Shown here piece by piece: positions 1 to 9,614 of a stretch of DNA of 64,000 nucleotides (positions are counted from its first letter, which is position 1; every line of letters begins with the position of its first letter). Location of the stretch: positions 7,347-71,346 of the forward strand of contig JBAQDI010000049.1 of the NCBI GenBank assembly GCA_049294655.1, in the 5' to 3' direction. Made by a program: the position numbers and the translations under genes. Origin of the DNA: Azonexus sp. GTDB lineage: Bacteria > Pseudomonadota > Gammaproteobacteria > Burkholderiales > Rhodocyclaceae. The notes beneath the pieces are model-generated. The model saw only the letters and a list, made by a program, of their open reading frames with translations, was not told the origin of the DNA and searched no databases.

Positions 1-1565
1 TGGCCCGCCTGTTCGGCCTCGAAGGCGGCCTGGCGATGAATCTTTCCTGGGCCCTGCTGATCGGCTTTCTCGCCAGCCTGGCCTGGGAAATCGCCAGCCA
101 CTTCATCCGCCAGCGCTGGCTGCGCGCCTTGCTGGTGATGACCCTGCTGCTCGGCGGCAACGGCTTGTCGCCGCTGATGCCCTGGCTGATCGACGACAGC
201 GCCGAGAGCAATGCGCAGGGCGCGGCGATCAACCGTATCTGGGAAAGCACGCGCTTCGCCGGCATGTTCGATGCGCAGGTCAATACCCCGCTCGGCGAGG
301 CCATCGCCGGCGACCCGAAAGCGCCCGGCTTTGCCGAACACCTCGAGTTGCCGCTGGAAACCGTGGCCTATCTCAGTTATCTCGGCGATTACCATCCGCC
401 GCTCGGCGGTCTGGTGCTGCTGCTGTTGACGCTGGCCCTGAGCCTGAAGATTGTCCAGCGCACGGCACCGGAAAGCGCCAGCGCCACCGCCCCGCCCGAA
501 TTTGCCGGCGGCCGGCTGCCCGACTTCGCGCTGGGCATGACCCTGCCCCTGGTGCTGGTCACCAACACCTGGGTTTTTCCGTTGCACTGCGGGCTGTTGT
601 GCGCCTGGCTGGTTTTTCGCCGAAAAAGCCTGGGCGCCGAGTGGCCGGCCTTGTTGGCCGGGGCCTTGAGCGGCTTCGCCCTGATCTATCCCTTCCTCGG
701 CTACTTCGCGCCCGCCTCGCTGGCCACGCCGATCGCCCTGGTCAAGGCGGGCGATCATTCGCCGCTCGCCTATTTCCTCGCCCTGCACTGGCCGCTGCTG
801 CTGCTGATCGGCGCCGGGCTGGGGCTGTCCCGCCGGGTGCCGTGGGCCGGCTGGCTGGCCCTGACACTGGCCGGCCTGCTGCTGGTCTCCGAGCTGATTT
901 ACGTCGACGACCCGATGGATGGCAAGTATGAGCGCTTCAACACCACGCTCAAATGGTGGTCGTGGCTCTGGCCGGCCGCCCTGGTCGGCCTGGGAAGTGT
1001 CGTGCTGGGGCGCGGCGGCCGCCCTGGGCAGGGGCTCGGCATTCTGCTGCTCATCGCCCTGCTCAGTTACGCCCTGCCCCTGACCAGCTACTGGCGCCAC
1101 GCCGAGCCCGCCAACCGCGGGCAAATGAGCGGCAATGGCTGGCTCAGGCAGGATGACACACAGCGCAACATGCTCACCCACCTGAAAAATTCGCCGGATG
1201 GCGTCGTGCTCGAATCGATCGAACAGGGCGCCTACTCGCCCTCCTCGGCCCTGGCGCTCAATGCCGGCAAAGGCGTCGTGCTCGGCTGGCCGGATCATGT
1301 CGCGCAATGGCGCGGCGCGCCGGCCTACGTGCCGCAGCGCCATGCCGCCATCCGGGCGATCTATCGCGCCGAACTGGCCGATCCGCTGGACTGGTTGAAC
1401 CAGCAGCAGGTGCGTTACTTCGTCTGGTCCCTGGCCGATGAGCAACGCATGCCGCAAGCGCGCCAGAAACTGCAGGCCGCCATCGGGCGCGATTTCGACT
1501 GGCGTGCCTTTTATCAGAACGGCGAGCAGCAGGTCGGTATCTGGGAGCGGCGCAGCGCCCGCTAA
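1..1565 (+). CDS. DUF2298-like ('YYY') multi-pass membrane protein, putative GT-C-type glycosyltransferase; 5'-partial at window edge
   Basis: The reading frame is open from base 3, upstream of the ATG at 36. The protein aligns by eye with residues ~170-678 of the downstream paralog, sharing DYHPPLGG, NTW(V/T)FPL and YVDDP..ER.NT.KWW motifs. It has many hydrophobic helices. Family name is from memory. Confidence 0.6.
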   Translation, partial: ARLFGLEGGLAMNLSWALLIGFLASLAWEIASHFIRQRWLRALLVMTLLLGGNGLSPLMPWLIDDSAESNAQGAAINRIWESTRFAGMFDAQVNTPLGEAIAGDPKAPGFAEHLELPLETVAYLSYLGDYHPPLGGLVLLLLTLALSLKIVQRTAPESASATAPPEFAGGRLPDFALGMTLPLVLVTNTWVFPLHCGLLCAWLVFRRKSLGAEWPALLAGALSGFALIYPFLGYFAPASLATPIALVKAGDHSPLAYFLALHWPLLLLIGAGLGLSRRVPWAGWLALTLAGLLLVSELIYVDDPMDGKYERFNTTLKWWSWLWPAALVGLGSVVLGRGGRPGQGLGILLLIALLSYALPLTSYWRHAEPANRGQMSGNGWLRQDDTQRNMLTHLKNSPDGVVLESIEQGAYSPSSALALNAGKGVVLGWPDHVAQWRGAPAYVPQRHAAIRAIYRAELADPLDWLNQQQVRYFVWSLADEQRMPQARQKLQAAIGRDFDWRAFYQNGEQQVGIWERRSAR

Positions 1566-1577
1566 GACCCGAAAAAC

Positions 1578-3614
1578 ATGAACCTGATCCATCTGCTCCT
1601 GACCCTGCTCCTGATCCTGCTCAATCTGGCCGGGCTGACCGCGCTGCTCAGCCGCTACGTGAAAGCCTTCGCGCTGGCCCGGGCGGCCGGCATTCTGCTC
1701 TTTTGCCTGATCTTTTTCTTTGCCGAACACTTTGTCGGCCTCGGCAAGCTGACCTGGTTATGGCCCCTGAGCAGCGCCGCGGCGCTGTTCCTGCTGTACT
1801 CCGAACGGCAGCGCCTGGCCGAACAGTCGTTCTGGCGCGCCGAACTGGTGTTTGTCGTCGCCTTTGCCTACGGACTGGCCTGGAAGTGGACTTTCCCGGT
1901 CATTTTCCCGACCTCGGAGCGCGTCACCGATCTCTATTTCATCGGTAACTATCTGCCGGGCAGCCAGCTGCCGCCGCTCGACCACTGGTTTCCGCCCAAC
2001 CGTTTCGATTTCTACTACGCCTTCCAGCACTATGCGGCGGCGCTCATGGGGCGGATCTTCGGTCTCGGGCCCGGCCTCACCTACAACCTGGCCTTTGCGC
2101 TACTGATGGCCTTGCCGATCACCCTGGCCAGGGATTTCGCGGCACGTTTCCTGGCGCACAAATGGCAGCGCTGGCTGATCGTCATCACCTTCACGCTGGG
2201 CGGCACCGGGGCAACGCCCTTCGTCCAGCTGTCTTACCAGGCACCGGCCAACGCCAATACCGAAGAAATGGTGCAGTTCGTCAATGACCGCATGGCGGCC
2301 AGCCAGCGCTTCATCGGCTTTTTCGATCAAAGGCTGAATACCGAACTCGGCCAGGCGCTGTTTCCCAAAGCCGCAAGGCCGGGCTGGGAACCGCGCGAAT
2401 TGCAGGCGGAGGATTTCGGCTACCAGTATTTCGTCAGCGACTATCATCCGCCGCTCGGCGGCTTCTTCCTGCTCCTGCTGGCCATTGCGGCCATTGGCGC
2501 GAGTGAGGCCGGCCGTCCGAAACAGGCTGCCGACACTGATGCAGCGGTGAACGCCGACGATGCCTTCGCCACCCAGGCGCTGCTCGCCCTGACCGTCCCG
2601 CTCATGCTGGCCACCAACACCTGGACTTTCCCCTTGCAGGTGGCGCTGCTGCTCGGCTGGATCGCCTGGCGCTACCTGAACCGCCGGCCACCGCTCTGGA
2701 AGGCCCTGCTGCTCGGCGGCTTCGCCGGCTGCCTGCTGCTTTATCCCTTCCTCACCGGCTTTGCCGGCAAGGCGCTGGCAACGCCGATCCGCTGGGTCGC
2801 CGCCGAAGACCACACACCGCTGGCGCAGTTCCTGACCCTGCACTGGCCCCTGCTGCTCCTGGCCGGGCTCGGCCTGTGGCAAAAGGAAAACCGCCGTCTG
2901 GCCGGGCTCTTCTCGGTCGTCTTCCTCGGCCTGCTGCTGATTTCCGAGTTCATCTACGTCGATGATCCGACGAGCGGCGCCTTCGAGCGGGCCAATACCA
3001 CCATGAAGTGGTGGGGCTGGATCTGGAGCGGCGCCTCGGTAACGCTCGGCGTCGCGCTGCTGGCCAGCCACCGGGCCTGGGTCCGCTGGCTGGTGGTGGC
3101 CATTTGTCTGATCCTCAACCTCTACGCCTACGACGTGGCGAACTACTGGATTCATAACGGCAAGGACGATCGCGGCAAACTGGCGGCGCACGGCCTGTAC
3201 ACCCGCGATGTGACGGTGCGCGACATGTTCCGCCATCTCGAAAAGGCGCCCGACGGCATCGTTCTCGAAAACAGCTACGGCGACGCCTACACCGATTCCG
3301 GCATCTACGCGGTCTTTGCCGCCAAGCCCAGCCTGCTCGGCTGGCCGGCGCACCTGTACACCTGGCACGGCAACGTCGGCCAGGCCTGGGTGCTGAAAGA
3401 GCAGATCCGCCAGTTTTACGCCGGCACCCTGCCCGACGCGGCAGACTGGCTGAGCGCCAACCGGGTCGAATACATCGTCTGGAATTACAAGGACCATGAG
3501 CAACAACCGGCCGCCTGGCAACTCGCCCATGCTTCGATAAACCAGCGCTATGCCTGGATCGAATTCCAGAACAATCCGGACGTACACGTCGGCCTGTGGG
3601 TCAGGCGGCCATGA
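1578..3614 (+). CDS. DUF2298-like ('YYY') multi-pass membrane protein, full-length tandem paralog
   Basis: 678 aa with the same motifs as the upstream gene. It lies 12 bp after the upstream stop, and its own stop overlaps the next start (ATGA at 3611-3614). Confidence 0.6.
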   Translation: MNLIHLLLTLLLILLNLAGLTALLSRYVKAFALARAAGILLFCLIFFFAEHFVGLGKLTWLWPLSSAAALFLLYSERQRLAEQSFWRAELVFVVAFAYGLAWKWTFPVIFPTSERVTDLYFIGNYLPGSQLPPLDHWFPPNRFDFYYAFQHYAAALMGRIFGLGPGLTYNLAFALLMALPITLARDFAARFLAHKWQRWLIVITFTLGGTGATPFVQLSYQAPANANTEEMVQFVNDRMAASQRFIGFFDQRLNTELGQALFPKAARPGWEPRELQAEDFGYQYFVSDYHPPLGGFFLLLLAIAAIGASEAGRPKQAADTDAAVNADDAFATQALLALTVPLMLATNTWTFPLQVALLLGWIAWRYLNRRPPLWKALLLGGFAGCLLLYPFLTGFAGKALATPIRWVAAEDHTPLAQFLTLHWPLLLLAGLGLWQKENRRLAGLFSVVFLGLLLISEFIYVDDPTSGAFERANTTMKWWGWIWSGASVTLGVALLASHRAWVRWLVVAICLILNLYAYDVANYWIHNGKDDRGKLAAHGLYTRDVTVRDMFRHLEKAPDGIVLENSYGDAYTDSGIYAVFAAKPSLLGWPAHLYTWHGNVGQAWVLKEQIRQFYAGTLPDAADWLSANRVEYIVWNYKDHEQQPAAWQLAHASINQRYAWIEFQNNPDVHVGLWVRRP

Positions 3615-4027
3615 CCGGCCACGGCAAAATGGCCACCACCGCGCAATTCCTGCGTTTCGCCGCGGTCGGCGCGGTCGGCACGCTGGCCCAGTACGCCGTC
3701 CTGTGGCTGGGCGCCGACTGGCTCGGCTGGCCGGCCACCTGGGCCTCGGCGGCCGGCTACCTGCTCGGCTCAGTGGTCAATTACCTGCTCAATTACCGTT
3801 TCACCTTCGCCAGCAACAAGTCGCATCTTGAAGCGGCCAGCAAGTTCTACGTGATTGCCGCCAGCGGCTGGCTGATCAATACCGGCCTGATGGCCCTGCT
3901 CACCGCCCAATTGTCCTGGCATCACTGGCCCGCCCAGTTGCTGACCACCGGCCTCTGCCTGCTGTGGAATTTCGCCGGCAGCAAATTGTGGGCATTTCGC
4001 CACCCGCCCGAATCCGGGCGTCGTTGA
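3611..4027 (+). CDS. GtrA family membrane protein (putative polyprenyl-P-sugar flippase)
   Basis: Small 4-TM protein with FLRFAAVG..LAQY...N..FTF......KLWAFR, the typical GtrA pattern. ATG at 3611 overlaps the upstream TGA; the track's GTG at 3596 is an alternative start. Confidence 0.7.
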   Translation: MTGHGKMATTAQFLRFAAVGAVGTLAQYAVLWLGADWLGWPATWASAAGYLLGSVVNYLLNYRFTFASNKSHLEAASKFYVIAASGWLINTGLMALLTAQLSWHHWPAQLLTTGLCLLWNFAGSKLWAFRHPPESGRR

Positions 4028-4039
4028 GGAGTTCATCTC

Positions 4040-5020
4040 TTGAACATCACTGAAAGCGCAGCGCAGAAGCCGCTGATTTCCGTCATTGTCCCGGCCTACA
4101 ACGAAGAAGCCGTACTCGCCGCCTTCCACGCCCGGCTCAGCGCGCTGTTCCACCAACTGCCCGCCTATCGCTGCGAAATGATCTTCGTCAATGATGGTAG
4201 CAGCGACCGGACACAGGAGATCATCGACGAACTCTGCGCCTGCGACAGGCGGGTTGCCAGCGTTAATTTGTCGCGCAATTTCGGCAAGGAAATTGCCATG
4301 ACGGCCGGCTTCGATCACGCAAGGGGCGATGCCGTCATCGTCATCGATGCCGACCTGCAGGATCCGCCCGAACTGATTCTGGATTTTGTCAGCGAATGGG
4401 AAAAGGGCTTTGACATCGTCTACGCCATGCGCACCCACCGCGACGGTGAAACCTGGCTGAAGAAAGCCACGGCCAGCGCCTTTTACAAAGTCATGGACCA
4501 GCTCTCGGGCAAGGTGAAAATCCCGCGCGACACCGGCGATTTCCGCCTGATGAGCCGGCGTTCGGTCGATGCCCTGCTGCAACTGCGCGAGCAGCACCGC
4601 TTCATGAAAGGGCTGTTTGCCTGGGTCGGCTTCCCGTCCAAGGCCATCAAATACCGGCGCGATCCGCGGGCGGCCGGCGAAACCAAGTTCAATTACTGGA
4701 AACTGTGGAACTTCGCCCTCGAAGGCATCACCTCCTTCACCATTGCGCCGCTCAAGTTCGCCACCTACCTCGGCCTGCTCACCGCTTCGCTGGCCTTCGT
4801 TTATGGCCTGTGGATCATCGGCAAGACCCTGTTCCTCGGCCACGATGTGCCCGGCTATCCATCGCTGATGGTGACCATGCTGTTCCTCGGCGGCGTCCAG
4901 CTGTTTTTCATCGGCGTGCTCGGCGAATACCTCGGGCGGATTTTCGGCGAGACCAAGCAACGCCCGCTGTATTTCGTGCAGGGCCACAGCCCCTCGGGAA
5001 GCGCCCAGGAAAAGGTTTGA
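4040..5020 (+). CDS. Family 2 glycosyltransferase, GtrB/ArnC-like polyprenyl-phosphate glycosyltransferase
   Basis: N-terminal ISVIVPAYNEE, DAD (DxD) in VIVIDADLQDPP, and two C-terminal TM helices. TTG start is preceded by GAGGA. Confidence 0.8.
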   Translation: MNITESAAQKPLISVIVPAYNEEAVLAAFHARLSALFHQLPAYRCEMIFVNDGSSDRTQEIIDELCACDRRVASVNLSRNFGKEIAMTAGFDHARGDAVIVIDADLQDPPELILDFVSEWEKGFDIVYAMRTHRDGETWLKKATASAFYKVMDQLSGKVKIPRDTGDFRLMSRRSVDALLQLREQHRFMKGLFAWVGFPSKAIKYRRDPRAAGETKFNYWKLWNFALEGITSFTIAPLKFATYLGLLTASLAFVYGLWIIGKTLFLGHDVPGYPSLMVTMLFLGGVQLFFIGVLGEYLGRIFGETKQRPLYFVQGHSPSGSAQEKV

Positions 5021-5128
5021 CACGGGGTTTGACGCCGGGTTTGCTGCGGAGGTTGATGCCACTGCGCTGACAATCGCCGGCCAGACCGCTAGACTGGCGC
5101 TCTTTCAACCGCCGCCGCACCGCCAAAC

Positions 5129-6373
5129 TTGCTCAATCGCGTCTGGGTCTCCTTCATCCTCGTCGGCTTCGCCGCGGCGCTGCTGCAATTGCTGCAGGGC
5201 GACCTGGAGATCTTCTCGCGCCTGCTGACCGGCCTGTTCGACACGGCGCGCACGGGTTTCGAGATTTCGCTCGGCCTGGTCGGCATCATGAGCCTCTGGC
5301 TGGGAATCATGAAAATCGGCGAGAAAGGCGGCCTGATCCAGCTGTTCGGCCGTTTGCTGAACCCGCTGTTCCGCCGCATCTTTCCCGACATCCCGCCCGG
5401 CCACCCGGCCAGCGGCAGCATCGTCATGAACGTATCCGCCAACATCCTCGGTCTTGACAACGCGGCGACCCCGCTCGGTTTGAAGGCCATGGCCGAACTG
5501 CAGGAAATCAACCCGCAGAAAGATATCGCCAGCAACCCGATGATCATGTTCCTGGTGCTCAATACGGCCGGCATCACGCTGATCCCGACCTCGGTCATCG
5601 CCATCCGCCAGAGCCTGGCGCTCAAACAGGGCCTGATCGGCTTCAACGCCGCCGACATCTTCCTGCCGACCCTGCTCGCCACCTTCATTTCCTTCTGTGC
5701 CGGGCTGATCGCCGTCGCGCTGTGGCAGCGCATCAACCTCTTCTGCCGCCCCGTGCTCGCCTTCTTCGCCGCTTTCGCAGCGCTGCTCGGCGGCCTCTAC
5801 GCCTGGCTGGGCGGCATGCCGCCGGAGCAAATGGCACAGGCCATCGGCCTGCTCGGCAGCGGCATCATCGTGTCGATCATCGTGCTCTTCGTCGGCGTCG
5901 CCGCCTGGCGCGGCATCGACGCCTACGAGAGTTTCGTCGAGGGCGCCAAGGAAGGTTTCGGCGTTGCCGTACAGATCATTCCCTACCTGATCGCCATGCT
6001 GGTCGCCATTTCAGTCTTTCGCACCACCGGCTGCATGGACTACCTGATCGGCGGCATCCGCAGCCTGGTCCTCGCCCTCGGCCTGAACGACGACTTCGTC
6101 CCGGCCCTGCCGGTCGGCCTGATGAAAACCCTCTCCGGCAGCGGCGCCCGCGGACTGATGGTGGACGTCATGACGACCTACGGCGTCGACTCCTTCCAGG
6201 GCAAACTCGCCGCGATCATCCAGGGCTCGACCGAAACCACCTTCTACGTGCTGGCCGTCTACTTCGGCAGCGTCGGCATCACCAAGACGCGCTACGCCCT
6301 GGCCTGTGGGCTGATCGCCGACGGCGTCGGGCTGGTCGGCGCAATTCTTATTGGCTACGCGTTCTATCACTGA
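5129..6373 (+). CDS. Nucleoside-recognition-domain membrane protein (fused SpmA/SpmB-like)
   Basis: 414-aa polytopic protein. The N-terminal VWVSFILVGF...GLVGIMSLWLGIMKIGEKGGL pattern is typical of the SpmA/SpmB family. TTG start. Confidence 0.6.
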   Translation: MLNRVWVSFILVGFAAALLQLLQGDLEIFSRLLTGLFDTARTGFEISLGLVGIMSLWLGIMKIGEKGGLIQLFGRLLNPLFRRIFPDIPPGHPASGSIVMNVSANILGLDNAATPLGLKAMAELQEINPQKDIASNPMIMFLVLNTAGITLIPTSVIAIRQSLALKQGLIGFNAADIFLPTLLATFISFCAGLIAVALWQRINLFCRPVLAFFAAFAALLGGLYAWLGGMPPEQMAQAIGLLGSGIIVSIIVLFVGVAAWRGIDAYESFVEGAKEGFGVAVQIIPYLIAMLVAISVFRTTGCMDYLIGGIRSLVLALGLNDDFVPALPVGLMKTLSGSGARGLMVDVMTTYGVDSFQGKLAAIIQGSTETTFYVLAVYFGSVGITKTRYALACGLIADGVGLVGAILIGYAFYH

Positions 6374-6755
6374 GCGGCTGCGGGGAATTCAACATCCACC
6401 GCAAAGACGCTGAGACGGGAAGGAAGCGCAAAGGGACAGCGCTTGAGTTTGAGCAGCAGTGATGTACCCAATTCGGCCATCCGGCTTTCTCCAGAGCAGC
6501 CAGTCAGCCAAACAGGGTTCTTCGAACTTGAATGCTCCGAAGCTGTTGTTGGCGGACTCACCCTACCGGCCATGAACTGTCTCATAAGAAACAGCCCCAT
6601 ACCGGACATTGGCTTTCCGCGAATGATCGTCGATTGATAAGGATGATGCCATCGGATAATCTCCCCGTCATTCAAAACCCCGCGGGTGATTTGATGGTGC
6701 CCGTATCGCTAAATAATGCGGATGCTTCCGCGCCAATATAACTACCAGGTTCCCG

Positions 6756-7829
6756 ATGCCCCTATACGACTACTTATATGTAGATCTACCCAAGGTGATC
6801 TCTCTGTATAGCCAGCTTACCGGTGGGGTCCTCGAGTCACGAGAAACAACACACGAACACGCAAGAAACTCGGATAACAAGCGATCCTACGACTTTAAGG
6901 TCTTTCGCCACGATGCGGGAGGAACGGCTAATGACAAAAGCGGTTCGCGAGAGTTGGTCAAACCCCATCACGCGGTACTTGTGGAACTCGAACACGAACT
7001 CGCACAGCAGGGCTATCTCTTTGACCTAACCGCTGGAAGCAATAATTTATCGTTCCGAGACCCTGACCTTCGGCAGCTATTGAAAAATACGCTGTGCATA
7101 AAGGTAACAGGCCGTGCGGCAATCGAGGACTACGAGCGAATGAAGGGAGTATCCAAGGCCTTCCCCGAAGTGACCAAGTTCGTGAACAAAAGCATAGAAA
7201 GCGGGATTAAAGAAAGTCCCGCTTACAAAGAAATTGAAGGCCAGCTTGAATTGCTTGGAGTACAACTGAGGGAGGAAAAAGATCGAAATAAGCGAGCGCT
7301 AGCAGAGGCGAACTTACGTCGGCGGAAAGCTGAGCTCGCAATGATTGCAAGCTCAACCTCAACTGTTGGTGCCGTTGAAAATTGGATTTTAGAAGGGTTT
7401 CGAAGCTGGGTAGATACTTTCCTCCCCGGAATCATCAATTTGCGGATATACCCATCCGTAGAACGTCCTGACGAGCAAGTCTTCGGGCATCTCAAGAGGG
7501 AGTACTTCGAAGACGCGGACACTAGTTCATTTCATTTTACTTACGGATCGCTTCCTACCGAAAATGTCTCTCTAATCGGAATAGTGACAGCGATTCCAGG
7601 AGAATCCTTCGACCCGTTCAACCCATTAGCGGAGTTTTTACGGGAAGGATTGGGGAATGCAGAATCCGTCGAAATGGGCTTCCGGGGATTGTTCCGCGGA
7701 TTTGACGGACTCGAGCAACTTATCCGAACGTGCAGATTTCCACGAGTACTTGTTCAGCCGGTAGTGGTCTACCGAAGTGTGGAACCCAATATTTTGCTTA
7801 ACCAAAGAGTTGCGGCGGCAAGCCGTTGA
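6756..7829 (+). CDS. Hypothetical protein in an AT-rich insert; central coiled-coil; no domain recognised
   Basis: 357-aa ORF with clean ATG and codon usage visibly AT-richer than its neighbours. N-terminus is YDYLYVDLPKVISLYSQLTGG. A charged coiled-coil segment runs EIEGQLELLGVQLREEKDRNKRALAEANLRRRKAEL. Confidence 0.6.
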   Translation: MPLYDYLYVDLPKVISLYSQLTGGVLESRETTHEHARNSDNKRSYDFKVFRHDAGGTANDKSGSRELVKPHHAVLVELEHELAQQGYLFDLTAGSNNLSFRDPDLRQLLKNTLCIKVTGRAAIEDYERMKGVSKAFPEVTKFVNKSIESGIKESPAYKEIEGQLELLGVQLREEKDRNKRALAEANLRRRKAELAMIASSTSTVGAVENWILEGFRSWVDTFLPGIINLRIYPSVERPDEQVFGHLKREYFEDADTSSFHFTYGSLPTENVSLIGIVTAIPGESFDPFNPLAEFLREGLGNAESVEMGFRGLFRGFDGLEQLIRTCRFPRVLVQPVVVYRSVEPNILLNQRVAAASR

Positions 7830-8009
7830 TAGCTGGTTAGCTAAGAAATTTTAAGGTCCCCTTCCCTGAGCCTGCTATGACCGCAAAGGGCACCGAAGGG
7901 ACCATCCTCTCTTCCGATTCATCGCCTAAAAGCAGCCAGCAAGACATCTGCGGAACCCAAGGGTTCTGATTGATCAATTAAACAATAAGCCTATTCAGGA
8001 ACCACGTTG

Positions 8010-9614
8010 ATGACTAGCACGCCAGGCGCCGATGCGCCGCGCATCGTTCGCTTCGCCGATATCGCAGAGCGGCTACCACCGGACTCATGGAGCGTAATGC
8101 GGGACAAGGCCAACGCCGGCGAGTTCGCCGACGAGCGTGTGCTCTGGGTCCCCGGCCCCTGCCATGCGCAGGTGGTCGACCTGGCGCAGTGGCCCTTACC
8201 CGGGTTGGAGACGGAGCCGGTGTTCATGGTCGTGATCGACGGCGATTTGAGCGTGGGCACGCTCTACAACTGGGACACGGATGGCTGTACGGGTCTGACG
8301 GTACTCGGCGATCTGGCGCTGGATCACGCGGTGGTGGGTGGGCAGGAGATCTACGTATGCGGCAATCTCGATGTGTGCGAACTGTTCTGGGGGGATTACA
8401 ACCACGGCGGTCTGCAGGTGCAGGGCCGCATCCGCGCCCGGCTTCTGCTGGCGACCGACGGTTATTACCTGCCGGTTGACGACGGTGACCGCGACGGCGA
8501 CGAGATCGGCCTGCTGCTGGGCGATGACGGCGCGCCGGAAAGAGATCTGGCAGACGTGGCGGCGCAGTACTTTGCCGAGGCGGTGCTCAACCGCAAGGAG
8601 CCCGATCCTTCGGGGCTGCGCGACGTGGTGCCGCGCTACCGCGTGGTGGAAGCGTTGCTGCGCGGCGAAGTGGCGCTGCGCACGCCCTTCGAGCCGCAGC
8701 AGCCGGTTGAGGTGCCCCGGCGCTGGGGTGCGGTGACGCTGACCGACAGTGCGTCAATGGTGGCGCAGGAGCCACTGTTTCAAGCGCTGATCGAGATCGT
8801 TCCGGCGGATGAGCCGGAACAAGCATTCCGCAGCCAGCACTTTGCGGCGGACGTGCTCGTCACGCGCGCGCACCGGCGCGCGAGCGACGGCAGCGAGGTG
8901 CCGGACATGCTACTCATCCTCGGCGACGACGGCCTGGAGGTGCGCATGTGGCGGAACAGCCCGGGAATTCTGGCGCGCCTGGCGGGCCTCTCGGAAGGCC
9001 TGAGCGCGGTATTCAAGGATATGGAGAAAAGCATTTACAGCTTTCGGCCGATCTGGGGCGACCCGGAAGTGGTCGAAAGGGTGCAAGGCATCTGGAACGA
9101 GGCGCTGCGGCGTGCCGAGGCCTGGCATTTCTGGACACCACAACTACAACAGCGCGCCGGGGCGTCCGAAATCCTGGCCTTGCTGGAGTTACCAATCGTC
9201 AAGGATCACTACAACGACTGGAACGATCCGGACCGCTGCGGCTTCTGGGACGGCTTCCTGGACTATGCCTTCCACCGCCCGAGCGACAACGAACCCTGGG
9301 CCGTGCTGCGCCTTAATGTCGAGCGTCAGGACACCGACGAGTTCGACACCCGCGGCTACTTCTTCAAGATCGACGACGTCGCCACGCCGGGTCCGGTGCT
9401 GCTGCATTACCGTAGTTCCCAGGAGGACATTCCGAAGGACTCGCCGGCCGACCGTTACTGCTCGGGCTCGCGGCCCCTTTCGGTGTTCGACGCAGCGCAG
9501 ATCGAGGAAGGACTGCGCTGGTATGAGCGCTGTGTGAAGCGACTGCCCCACTGCGTGCCGGAAGAAGACGAGGTATACGAAGAAGAGGAATACGAAGAGG
9601 AAGAGGACAACTAA
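8010..9614 (+). CDS. Hypothetical protein with acidic Glu/Tyr C-terminal tail; no domain recognised
   Basis: About 534-aa ORF (ATG 8010; the track uses TTG 8007), GC-rich. N-terminal region shows a repetitive beta-strand-like pattern (VVIDGDLSVG..LTVLGDLALDHAVVGG.EIYVCGNLDV). It ends EEDEVYEEEEYEEEEDN. Confidence 0.55.
   Translation: MTSTPGADAPRIVRFADIAERLPPDSWSVMRDKANAGEFADERVLWVPGPCHAQVVDLAQWPLPGLETEPVFMVVIDGDLSVGTLYNWDTDGCTGLTVLGDLALDHAVVGGQEIYVCGNLDVCELFWGDYNHGGLQVQGRIRARLLLATDGYYLPVDDGDRDGDEIGLLLGDDGAPERDLADVAAQYFAEAVLNRKEPDPSGLRDVVPRYRVVEALLRGEVALRTPFEPQQPVEVPRRWGAVTLTDSASMVAQEPLFQALIEIVPADEPEQAFRSQHFAADVLVTRAHRRASDGSEVPDMLLILGDDGLEVRMWRNSPGILARLAGLSEGLSAVFKDMEKSIYSFRPIWGDPEVVERVQGIWNEALRRAEAWHFWTPQLQQRAGASEILALLELPIVKDHYNDWNDPDRCGFWDGFLDYAFHRPSDNEPWAVLRLNVERQDTDEFDTRGYFFKIDDVATPGPVLLHYRSSQEDIPKDSPADRYCSGSRPLSVFDAAQIEEGLRWYERCVKRLPHCVPEEDEVYEEEEYEEEEDN

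Noticed and set aside
2100-5062. Minus-strand ORFs of 495 and 430 aa over the DUF2298/GtrA/GT2 genes; similarly 13012-14448(+), 22637-24118(+), 37449-39086(-), 39117-40442(+), 41261-42628(-) and 58732-60078(+)
   Set aside because: These are shadow or out-of-frame ORFs overlapping genes that carry clear family motifs. None has motifs of its own.
6367-6755. Small ORFs (102 aa minus strand; 64 and 69 aa plus strand) in the 382-bp gap before the 357-aa gene, considered as a possible antitoxin, regulator or gene remnant
   Set aside because: They overlap one another, have no plausible RBS or known fold pattern, and the 102-aa ORF runs into the spmAB-like stop. This is left as unannotated spacer. 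A degraded pseudogene cannot be excluded without a database search.
7830-7846. Single TAGCTGG/TTAGCTA copies after the 357-aa gene, and TAGCTGC after nrdJ (44146-44152), considered as further members of the heptamer family
   Set aside because: Single 7-mers are expected by chance in 64 kb. They are mentioned under the array findings but not called as features.
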